Shown here piece after piece: positions 51,801-59,414 of a DNA stretch of 64,000 nt; the stretch's first letter is position 1; each line of letters opens with the position of its first letter. The translations under genes and the position numbers were made by a program. The notes beneath the pieces were generated by a model. The model saw only the letters and a program-made list of their open reading frames with translations, ran no database searches and was not told the DNA's origin. The stretch lies in contig CBDDTI010000746.1 in NCBI GenBank assembly GCA_965233585.1, positions 448,001-512,000 of the forward strand, written 5' to 3'. Source of the DNA: a bacterium. Lineage in GTDB: Bacteria > SAR324 > NAC60-12.

Positions 51801-53349
51801 TGTGAAAGTTTTCAATCAAGGCATCATGCAGCAGGTCAAATAAAATCATGTTCGGAAAGACATGCAAAAATTCTTGCAAAATGTTGGGGTCTTTCACGGT
51901 TTCTAACAAGGTGGGGTTTGAGATTCGTTTGACCTCAATCTTGTCAGAATGCTTTAAATGTGAATAAAGCAAGATCAAATTTTCAACAGCATACTGCTTC
52001 CAATAATTGTAAAGGTATAAAACAATTTCAGAGGTCAGTGTATTGAGTGCAAGGCTGTAATTCTTTTTGGGATTGCCTATAAAAAACTCTGCAAATTTAC
52101 TACGTTGCGAGTCCCGTTGTTCTTCTGTTTCCAGATACTTTTTCAGCTTCTTTTGCAAACTTTCTTCATATTTCATCTCCAAAGGGGCTTGCAACCATTT
52201 TTCAAACGCATCAATTCGGCTTTGATTTAGACGTTCCTTTAAGTTGCCAGAAGGCACAGAGATATTGCTTAACTGAGAATAGCTGTGACTAGACCCACTT
52301 GTGATGCGAAGACGCATATTCACGTAACGTAAAAAACGATAGCCTTCCCCAAAAATATTGAGTAATCCTGTGGGTGTTTTGTCTGTCACGACATTGTCTT
52401 CTTCCCAGATTTTTGACGGATTCAAATAATGGTTGATGCTGTCTCGGTAGTGGTCAAAAAAGAAGTCATGCGTTCTCAAAAGTTTTTTCGCCCCTTCTTC
52501 TATGGATTCTATGGCACTTAAAATAGCAAGCCTTAAGTTTTGAGAGTTGCCAGACTGCCCCGGTGAATAGTCAATCACTCCATCACAATAACCATTGGCA
52601 TATAGTTCATAAGCAGAAGATCCAATGTACTTCGCACATTCTTCCCATGATAAATTGTATTTTTTAGAAATGTTACTTAACCCCTTAGGGTGAATGGTAG
52701 CAAAGACGCCATCACGCACTGAAAGCAAAAGATTACTTGCCGCAAAGGGAATCGCACCCCCACTGTATCCTTGACCCCAAATCACCCCAACTGTCGGCAC
52801 TTGTAAATTTGCCATCTCTGCGATTAAAAAGGAGATGCTATGCGACTGATTTTGCTGATTTGCCAGCTCATCAGCCATGGCACCGGGGGTATCTATGAAC
52901 GACACGACAGGCATACCATGCGAGGCAAAAAAACGTGCCTTCTCTGCCGCCTTCCAGTGTTGCCTTGGTGTCCATGCTCCATTTTGAAACGCACGATTTT
53001 GTGCAATGAAGCCAATCCGTCTGACTTGCGTACCAATCACAAACTCTGTTTCTGCAAAATAAAGCTGTCCATCGCTTTCTTCTTGAATCATCTTGCCTCC
53101 AAGCGAACAAATCGCCTCTTTGGCATTCAGACGATTCGCATGTTCTGACGGGGCAATCGTCGCTTGAATGTAGGCATCTATGTCCAACTTTCTGATTTGG
53201 TCTATTTTCTCTTGCACTTCTTCGTCAGAAATGACGCCTTTGAGCAAGTTTTGTGTCAGGTAGTCAGGTCTCTTTGCCGCATTGACTGCAAGGTTATGAC
53301 AGATGAGTTCGGTTTGGACAAATAAAGGTCGTGGGGTGTGCTGCGCCAT
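48829..53349 (-). CDS. Single-chain biotin-dependent acyl-CoA carboxylase: CT-alpha, CT-beta, biotin carboxylase, BCCP
   Basis: FIDTPGA/GYSGGA (AccA-like), SSGGMQTKEG/GGAQASF (AccD-like), HPG.GFLSE/GGGGKG/RDCSIQR/EMNTRLQVEHPVTE/YYDS (BC), ESMKV biotinyl-lysine; start at MAQHTP. Confidence 0.88.
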   Translation of the reverse strand: MAQHTPRPLFVQTELICHNLAVNAAKRPDYLTQNLLKGVISDEEVQEKIDQIRKLDIDAYIQATIAPSEHANRLNAKEAICSLGGKMIQEESDGQLYFAETEFVIGTQVRRIGFIAQNRAFQNGAWTPRQHWKAAEKARFFASHGMPVVSFIDTPGAMADELANQQNQSHSISFLIAEMANLQVPTVGVIWGQGYSGGAIPFAASNLLLSVRDGVFATIHPKGLSNISKKYNLSWEECAKYIGSSAYELYANGYCDGVIDYSPGQSGNSQNLRLAILSAIESIEEGAKKLLRTHDFFFDHYRDSINHYLNPSKIWEEDNVVTDKTPTGLLNIFGEGYRFLRYVNMRLRITSGSSHSYSQLSNISVPSGNLKERLNQSRIDAFEKWLQAPLEMKYEESLQKKLKKYLETEEQRDSQRSKFAEFFIGNPKKNYSLALNTLTSEIVLYLYNYWKQYAVENLILLYSHLKHSDKIEVKRISNPTLLETVKDPNILQEFLHVFPNMILFDLLHDALIENFHMIAAELCKSNSISQESVGKLFDLALQKAMQKYEQHSIPVDLKTSREDFFIWLANFVSRKNCDAIMQTISGWKQLALPRVNPALFGLARYYFSSLLPSWSVAEGGGTFDGTIAPRNIGINNFWQQLDRAYKDLQIQELLNSYKKQTISPQQIIDYAFKDFKELNENLMTADPVQFPGFRDSIDKSIKNNIPPSGVLTGIATYHDDGFEKEVGVVVSNTLFQVGAFDMASCEKVCMLLAECTQKRLPVIFFISSGGMQTKEGPGSLFSMAIMNDRLTRFIKTNDLPVICFGFRDCMGGAQASFVTHRLAKTYYLSGALISFAGQLVVESHLPMNSILADYLSDNHESMEGLVQNPFDENIGDKLSAIDPEIPLAKLTIHEVISRILQGQYQRLEVNEPKDQVFEENIFFRPIQRILIHARGCTATRLIHAAHDAGKEIVLVQSDADMDSYPTRLLKENDQLVCLGGNTPQESYLNAMSVIRIAEKHGVDALHPGIGFLSESARFAAICRKYELSFIGPTALNMERMGNKTNAISTAKELGIPVVPGSDGALTDPQQALEVAKNIGFPVLIKAAHGGGGKGIQVVEKEESFVSIFRQMSQEAYNAFGNGDLYLEKYIASMRHIEVQILRDSKNTSKSCHIVGIRDCSIQRNYQKLVEESANLHKALQEELASYSTKIANHINYIGVGTVEFIYDLTDEQVYFMEMNTRLQVEHPVTEATAGIDLVQKQIEVSEGKSLASLKTKNEGHAIELRMTAERIDLKSDGTVAFLPDPGKVLKAVFPKSEDVRVFAAIGDDSFVPPYYDSLVAQIIAHGQTRAEAIDKLSKYLKNVKITGISTNLAFMKTLLADEVFHSGTYDTNFIHGFFKRVDFAKLIKKTKRDAGESGSQINRSAITINESNELKVLAAQTATFYRSVNPEDPSLVEADQVVGIKDPLCLLESMKVFSEISLASFNTETEILYPEGEYKVVRIFPENAQTVTSGDLLFIIEPVKST

Positions 53350-53394
53350 AGTGTGTTTTTCTTTAGAATCTTTTGAATGTTGTTGACTCGCCTT

Positions 53395-54265
53395 TTGGTC
53401 ATTGCGGGCTTGACCCGCAATCTTCCTTTTCGTCATTTTGGACTTGTTCTTCTTTTGTCATTGCGGGACCTGACCCGCAATCTCTCTTTTTTAAATGAAC
53501 AAATCAATGTCAAGAGCATGAACAAAAAGATAGCGTCAGATTATAACGAATCTCTTAGCACTTCACAACACTTGACTCCATTCAATCAAACCTTCCTACG
53601 AAGGCAGAAACCCAGTCATGTAGGAATCTGTGCTTGGTTTAAGATAGATTCCGCATCAAGTGCGGAATGACTACGACCGTCATTCCTGCGAAAGCAGGAA
53701 TCCATGCGATGTTGACGATGGATTCCGCATCAAGTGCGGAATGACTGAGAGGTTTTGTAGGCGTGTCTTTTCGTCATTGCTCACCTTGCCCCGCAATCTC
53801 CCTTGTCTTTTTCTCAACAACTCCTTTTTTTGAGATTCCGCATCAAGTGCGGAATGACGGAGAGGTTTTGTAGGCGTGTCTTTTCGTCATTGCTTACCTT
53901 GACCCGCAATCTCCATTTTTTTGAGATTCTGCATCAAGTGCGGAATGACTACGACCGTCATTCCTGCGAAGGCAGGAATCTATCCTCCAACTGCTGATAG
54001 ATTCCGCATCAAGCACTACAATGACGGAAGGAGTTTGCTCACTTTGAAAACCGTCATTGCGGGACCTGACCCGCAATCTCATTCTTCTTAAAACACAGGA
54101 CAAACTTGGGTTTGTCCCTACGTTGTCATTGCGTGCTTGACCCGCAATCTCTCTTGTTTTCTATCCGCGTCATCGCTCACTTTGAAAACTGTCATTGCTG
54201 ACCTTGACCCGCAATCTCATTCTTCTTAAAATACATGACAAACACTTGGGTTTGTCCCTACTCTG
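53395..54265. repeat. REP-like palindrome cluster
   Basis: Same families, mostly in opposite orientation. Confidence 0.85.
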
Positions 54266-54483
54266 CCACCTGCTTGCTTTTCATCATTTTTCTGTTTTTT
54301 GACTTCCCAATCTGCTTACTTTTCAGATTTTTTTGAAAAATCTTAAAAAATCTTCAAAATTCCTTAATTTTTTTCAAACTACCTTCACACCTTCATCTTT
54401 CCTGACTTCCCAAACGCATTCTTTCTTCAAAACAGCCAAAAAAATTCCTTAAAAACCAAAAAAATTCCCTCAAGTCCTGAGTC

Positions 54484-54520
54484 TTGACTTGGTTTTTTTT
54501 TGTACGTGCATAATGCACGT
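54484..54520 (+). promoter_or_regulatory. Putative promoter TTGACT-N19(T9 tract)-CATAAT with palindrome ACGTGCA-TAA-TGCACGT over the -10
   Basis: Read directly; ~160 bp upstream of SBBP lipoprotein ATG. Confidence 0.5.
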
Positions 54521-54592
54521 TTTGGTTTTTCGCAAAACTCCCATCTTGAAAATAAATGAAGGTTTCATTTCAAGAGGAGAGTTTTTCGTGTG

Positions 54593-54614
54593 ACAGCACC
54601 CTAAAGGGTGCTGT
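54593..54614 (+). terminator. GC-rich hairpin followed by T-rich tract in the 5' leader of the SBBP gene
   Basis: ACAGCACCC-TAAA-GGGTGCTGT then tgtgttgttggttttt. Confidence 0.45.
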
Positions 54615-54676
54615 TGTGTTGTTGGTTTTTAATTTTTTCTCAATCTTGTTCAATTTTGTTTAATAGGTAGGTTTTT

Positions 54677-56554
54677 ATGCAAAAGTTCATCAATCGTTGT
54701 TTTGTTCATTTGGCATCTGTTGTCAAACCTTCTGTTGTCCAGACAGGTGTTTGCCTGCTGTGCATCACGACTCTCTTTGCCTGCAGTAGTGACGATGGTG
54801 GTGTGTCCACGGTGACCGTCACAGAAAAAGTAGTGCCACCAAGCACTCCGAGTGAAGTGAAAACGAGCGAGGTCAAAGCCAGCAGTGTCAAGGTCAGCTG
54901 GTTGCCTTCAGCAGATTCAGATGGTCAAGTGGAAGGTTATGAAGTCTCTTACAAGACAAGTAGCGGGTCATGGACTGGCACACAAACCACCACGCAAACC
55001 AGTCTGATTGTGTCAGGATTACAGCCTGAAACCAGCTACACTTTTCGTGTTCGTGCCAAAGATGATGAGGGAGACTGGAGTCCTTACCAACAAAGCTCTG
55101 CTGTCAAGACTGCACCCAACGCACCAACTTCTCTTGCTATTTCAGGCAGAACGCTCACCTTTGCCACCACTTCAGGCAAGAGTTACGAATGCACCACGCA
55201 TGGCACAAGTGCCACTGCCGCACAAATCACAAACTGCACCAGCCCTTTTCGCTTTGGAGATGATGCCATTGCTAAAGACAACCTTTGCGTTCGTGTCAAA
55301 GCATCTGGCACTCCTGCTTCTGATTGGGCTTGTTACGCACAAGCGATTTTTAAGAAAGTCTTGACTAAACAATGGTCCAAACTGCTTGGCAGTAGCAATT
55401 CAGATTATGGAAGAGGAGTGAGTGTGGATTCAGCAGGCAATGTGTATGTGACAGGAAACTCTCATGGAAATTTTGATGGACATACCAATTCAGGAGGTTA
55501 TGACATGTTTTTAGTGAAGTATGACAGTTCAGGTAATAAGAAGTGGTCTAAACTGCTTGGCAGTAGCGATTCTGATTATGGATATGGAGTGAGTGTGGAT
55601 TCAGCAGGCAATGTTTATGTGACAGGATACTCTTGGGGAAATTTTGATGGACACAGCAGTTCAGGAGGTTATGACATGTTTTTAGTCAAGTATGACAGTT
55701 CAGGTAATAAGAAGTGGTCTAAACTGCTTGGCGGTAGCAATTCAGATTATGGAGAAGGAGTGAGTGTGGATTCTTCAGGCAATGTTTACGTGACAGGAGA
55801 ATCTTTGGGAAATTTTGATGGACACAGCAATTCGGGAAGTTTTGACATGTTTTTAGTGAAGTATGACAGTTCAGGTAATAAGAAGTGGTCTAAATTGCTT
55901 GGTACTAGCAGTTGGGATTTAGGAGAAGGAGTGGTTGTGGATTCTGCAGGCAATGTGTATGTGACAGGATACTCTGGGGGAAATTTTGATGGACACAGCA
56001 ATTCAGGAGGTTGGGACATGTTTTTAGTGAAATATGACCCTTCAGGTAATAAGAAGTGGTCTAAATTGCTTGGCAGTAGCAGAAATGATGAAGGAAGAGG
56101 AGTGAGTGTGGATTCTGCAGGAAATGTTTATGTCACAGGAAGATCTGAAGGAAACTTTGATGGACACAGCAATTCAGGAAGTGATATGTTTTTAGTGAAG
56201 TATGACAGTTCAGGAGTGAAGAAGTGGTCTAAACTGTTTGGCAGTAGCAGTTGGGATTCAGGAAGAGGAGTGAGTGTGGATTCAGCAGGCAATGTGTATG
56301 TGACAGGAATATCTGAAGGAAATTTTGATGGACACAGCTATTCAGGAAGTGATGATATGTTTTTAGTGAAGTATGACAGTTCAGGTAATAAGAAGTGGTC
56401 TAAACTGCTTGGCACTACAGATTATGATAGAGGATATGGAGTGAGTGTGGATTCAGCAGGCAATGTTTACGTCACAGGAAGCTCTTGGGGAAATTTTGAT
56501 GGACATGTCAATTCAGGAGATAGGGACATGTTTTTAATCAAGTTTGGGAGGTAG
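54677..56554 (+). CDS. Surface lipoprotein: FN3 domain + Cys-rich stalk domain + 7 SBBP beta-propeller repeats
   Basis: Lipobox LFAC; FN3 (VSW..S.D.DG.VEGY, GLQPETSYTFRVRAKD); 57-aa repeat KWSKLLG...D.G.GVSVDSAGNVYVTG.S.GNFDGH..SG..DMFLVKYDSSG. Confidence 0.9.
   Translation: MQKFINRCFVHLASVVKPSVVQTGVCLLCITTLFACSSDDGGVSTVTVTEKVVPPSTPSEVKTSEVKASSVKVSWLPSADSDGQVEGYEVSYKTSSGSWTGTQTTTQTSLIVSGLQPETSYTFRVRAKDDEGDWSPYQQSSAVKTAPNAPTSLAISGRTLTFATTSGKSYECTTHGTSATAAQITNCTSPFRFGDDAIAKDNLCVRVKASGTPASDWACYAQAIFKKVLTKQWSKLLGSSNSDYGRGVSVDSAGNVYVTGNSHGNFDGHTNSGGYDMFLVKYDSSGNKKWSKLLGSSDSDYGYGVSVDSAGNVYVTGYSWGNFDGHSSSGGYDMFLVKYDSSGNKKWSKLLGGSNSDYGEGVSVDSSGNVYVTGESLGNFDGHSNSGSFDMFLVKYDSSGNKKWSKLLGTSSWDLGEGVVVDSAGNVYVTGYSGGNFDGHSNSGGWDMFLVKYDPSGNKKWSKLLGSSRNDEGRGVSVDSAGNVYVTGRSEGNFDGHSNSGSDMFLVKYDSSGVKKWSKLFGSSSWDSGRGVSVDSAGNVYVTGISEGNFDGHSYSGSDDMFLVKYDSSGNKKWSKLLGTTDYDRGYGVSVDSAGNVYVTGSSWGNFDGHVNSGDRDMFLIKFGR
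55370..56551 (+). repeat. 7 near-identical ~171-bp coding tandem repeats
   Basis: Read directly. Confidence 0.93.
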
Positions 56555-56651
56555 GTTGCCAAGAGAAAGGTTGTAGTGGAGTTGGAAGGAGTGTTTGGAG
56601 TAGTATTTTGTCTTCCAGCAAGTGTTGTCATACTTGCTGTGAAAAGTCATC

Positions 56652-57095
56652 AGTCATTGCGGGACCTGACCCGCAATCTCATTCTTCTTAAAACGCAGGA
56701 CAAACACACGGGTTTGTCCCTACATTGACCTGCGGGACCTAACCCGCAATCTCCTTTTTTTTGAGATTCCGCATCAAGTGCGGAATGACGGTTTGCTCTT
56801 TTTCCTATTCCCTCTTCATTGCTCACTTTAAAAAACCGCCATTGCGGGCGTGTCTTGGTCATTGCTCACCTTGACCCGCAATCTCCTTTTTTTCATTGTG
56901 TTTGCATTCTTTTTTTTGAGATTCAGCGTCAAGCACTCAAGTGAAGTGAGGGTTTGGCTGGGTTGCCTTTGATCATTCTTGCCTCTTTCTTTGTCATTCC
57001 TGCGAAAGCAGGAATCTATCCTCTAAATGCTGATGGATTCCGCATCAAGTGCGGAATGACGGGAGCATTATTGCTCACCTTGAAAAATGTCATTG
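56652..57095. repeat. REP-like palindrome cluster
   Basis: Same families. Confidence 0.85.
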
Positions 57096-57209
57096 CTAAT
57101 AGGATTAGCCAGTGAGTCTTTTAGCAAAGATTTAATTTCAGAAGCAAAAGCCAACCAAATTTATTTGGTACAAGAAAGAGCAGGAGTGATTCAAATCATC
57201 GCTTCTTGA
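57087..57209 (+). pseudogene. 3' remnant of a paralog of the PD-(D/E)XK protein at 41106..41726
   Basis: IGLASESFSKDLISEAKANQIYLVQERAGVIQII aligns with CGLAGEVFYDELISEAEEQDIYLFQEQAGELQVI. Confidence 0.75.
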
Positions 57210-57290
57210 ATTTCACTATTAGACTCTCCTTTTACTCACACTATCTTTCTGTGTAAAAACCGCCTCTCCTGTTTTTATTTTTTGACAAGA

Positions 57291-57575
57291 TTAAAGATGC
57301 TGTTCGGCAAGGCTGTACCTGTCTTCAGTTTTGACAACAACGTCATCAAGCTCTAGCATCATTAGCTCACTATTTAGTGTTGCAATACAAAGTCCTGTCT
57401 CTTCGCAAATCTCATCAACTTGGGTACTTCCATTTTTTGCAAGGTATTCACAAATGATTTTTTGGTCTTCACTTAAATTTTTATTTTGGAAAGAGTTTTG
57501 GAAGGAACGTTGAGTTCCAGCCGAATGATGAGACTGTTCTTGTGCTTCTAACTCTGCCTTTGCTTCTCTGATTTC
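57291..57575 (-). pseudogene. In-frame continuation of the HNH gene past one TAA; encodes a DprA-type winged-helix domain
   Basis: 94 codons: EIREAKAELEAQ...LSEDQKIICEYLAKNGSTQVDEICEETGLCIATLNSELMMLELDDVV...; no own start codon upstream of the winged-helix motif. Confidence 0.7.
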
Positions 57576-58454
57576 TTAAATTGCTTGACGTTTTCTTTCT
57601 GTTTCAAAATTTGTTCTTTGGTGGTTTTCAGTGGTGCGAATCACGCCTTGTTGCAGTTGAATTTTTCTGACTGTTTCAATTTGCTGACGAGTTTGGGGGT
57701 TGCCCTTCATATGATGATGATTTGGCTCGTTACTGTGGCATCTGACACAAAGCACATTCAGGTTTTCAGGTCTATTGTCTCCTTTCACTCCGTTTTTATG
57801 ATTGACATGCAATAAATTTTGATGATCCTGTAAATTCACTTTGCACTTTTCACATGTCCAGTTTTTACGTTCCCTCAAATTTTTTGAAATCTCGTTCCAA
57901 TCTTCTGTGTATCCATCCTTAGGCATTTCACGCACTGACTGATAACGTGGCTTGGGTTCGGTAGAAAGTGGTGAACGATCTCCATAATATTCAAAAAACT
58001 TGGGTAAATTCAAATAGTCAATATAGTTATTTTTACGGATTCCTAGCTTTTCTTTTTGATCGTATGGCAACATGTTGATACAGTGCTGACAACACATTAA
58101 TTCCTCAAAATCTCCATCTTTCATCTCAAATCGTCCATCTGTTCTATCTGTGATGGTGTAGCGGTCATAGCGTCCCCCATTTTTCATTACTTTAATCGTT
58201 TGACACCGATACACATGATATTTAGCATTGGAATTGTAGGGGATATAAAGAATGCAAGGCTTGCCATCTTTGGTCAATAATCGTGTTTCTGGATCAACTT
58301 GAATGTCGTCAAGTGATTGGATTTCAATCGTTCCACCTTGCCATTCAATGCTATCTCTTGGTTTGATTTGTGTTTCAATCTTCCAATGAACCTCGGGGGC
58401 ATTGATGGCACGCACTTGTGCTTCAAGAGCAGAAAAATCAACGTTTAGTTTCAT
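57576..58454 (-). CDS. zorE: HNH endonuclease, ZorE-like
   Basis: Y..DW..IS...R....W.CEKC, LHVNHKNGVKGDNRPENL.VLCVRCH; follows zorAB. Confidence 0.75.
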   Translation of the reverse strand: MKLNVDFSALEAQVRAINAPEVHWKIETQIKPRDSIEWQGGTIEIQSLDDIQVDPETRLLTKDGKPCILYIPYNSNAKYHVYRCQTIKVMKNGGRYDRYTITDRTDGRFEMKDGDFEELMCCQHCINMLPYDQKEKLGIRKNNYIDYLNLPKFFEYYGDRSPLSTEPKPRYQSVREMPKDGYTEDWNEISKNLRERKNWTCEKCKVNLQDHQNLLHVNHKNGVKGDNRPENLNVLCVRCHSNEPNHHHMKGNPQTRQQIETVRKIQLQQGVIRTTENHQRTNFETERKRQAI

Positions 58455-58463
58455 GGCTTTGCT

Positions 58464-59147
58464 TCATCTGATGGTTTGGAGAATATTGACGATTTGTTTT
58501 TTAGTGTGGGTCATCACACGGAACTCCACACGTCTGGATTTTTCTCGGTCTTCTTGTCCTTGAGTGTTTTGAATGATTCGTGAAGAAGACAGCCCACTGG
58601 CAGTGATTTTCTGTTTAATCGGGTGTTTGTAAAGATTGACCTGTTGTTGAGACATGACATATTCCCAGACTGCTTGTGTGCGGTCTTGGGAAAGGTTCAT
58701 GTTTTTAAAGTAGGCTTCTTCTGTCTGGCTTCCTTTCCATTCGCTAGAAGTATGCCCTTCTATTCTGACTTCCTCAATGTTTTCAATAAAAGGAGCCAGT
58801 GTTTTGAGGTATCTGGGAAAGAAGTCATTGAGAATCATTTGAAATTGGGGTTTGAGTTCAGCAGACATGGGAGCAAATAAAATCTCTGGAGATTTAAACC
58901 GAAAAATTAAATTGGTCTGGTCAATTTCTGCTTTCCACACAGGCAGGTCTTTTTCAAACTCTTCTTGCAATGCGTGGTAAATTTGATTTTCTGTTTCTTT
59001 CCATGCCACTACAATTTGCTTGATCTGTGATTTTTCTTTGGCAATATTTTGCATGTAAATCACAGCAATAAACAAAAACACCAACATTAAACCAGACATC
59101 AGGTCTGATATGGAAATCCAAGAGTTCTCTTCTTTTTTCTCGAACAT
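58464..59147 (-). CDS. zorB: Zorya protein B (MotB/OmpA-like)
   Basis: WISISDLMSGLM.VFLFIAV TM with conserved Asp; IEGHTS, NM.LSQ.R, SRRVEF OmpA domain. Confidence 0.88.
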   Translation of the reverse strand: MFEKKEENSWISISDLMSGLMLVFLFIAVIYMQNIAKEKSQIKQIVVAWKETENQIYHALQEEFEKDLPVWKAEIDQTNLIFRFKSPEILFAPMSAELKPQFQMILNDFFPRYLKTLAPFIENIEEVRIEGHTSSEWKGSQTEEAYFKNMNLSQDRTQAVWEYVMSQQQVNLYKHPIKQKITASGLSSSRIIQNTQGQEDREKSRRVEFRVMTHTKKQIVNILQTIR

Positions 59148-59250
59148 ACTGAATGAATAGATTGAATTGATTTGGTAGATTGATTTAGCCCAAGTTGCTG
59201 GTCATTATTTTAAGGTAAAACGCATGTGTCAATTCAATACTCGGCTTCTT

Positions 59251-59319
59251 GTCACTCGGAGCGTAGGCAGGAATCCATACCCTGACTGACGTTGGATTCC
59301 GCATCAAGTGCGGAATGAC
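59251..59319. repeat. REP doublet between zorA and zorB
   Basis: GTCACTCGGAGCGTAGGCAGGAATCC and GGATTCCGCATCAAGTGCGGAATGAC. Confidence 0.8.
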
Positions 59320-59414
59320 TAGGGGGGTATAAAGAATGACAGGAGAGTTTGAGATAGTCGAATGTGTCCTTTTGATGACTAGCAACTTAGGTTTATTTAG
59401 TGACTGGAATAGAC

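Noticed and set aside
53350..53436. 29-aa N-terminal extension of the carboxylase
   Set aside because: Largely translated REP sequence (IAGQARND); real start likely 53349
55370..56551. Diversity-generating retroelement behind blade variability
   Set aside because: No reverse transcriptase or separate template repeat in the window; substitutions are not restricted to adenines
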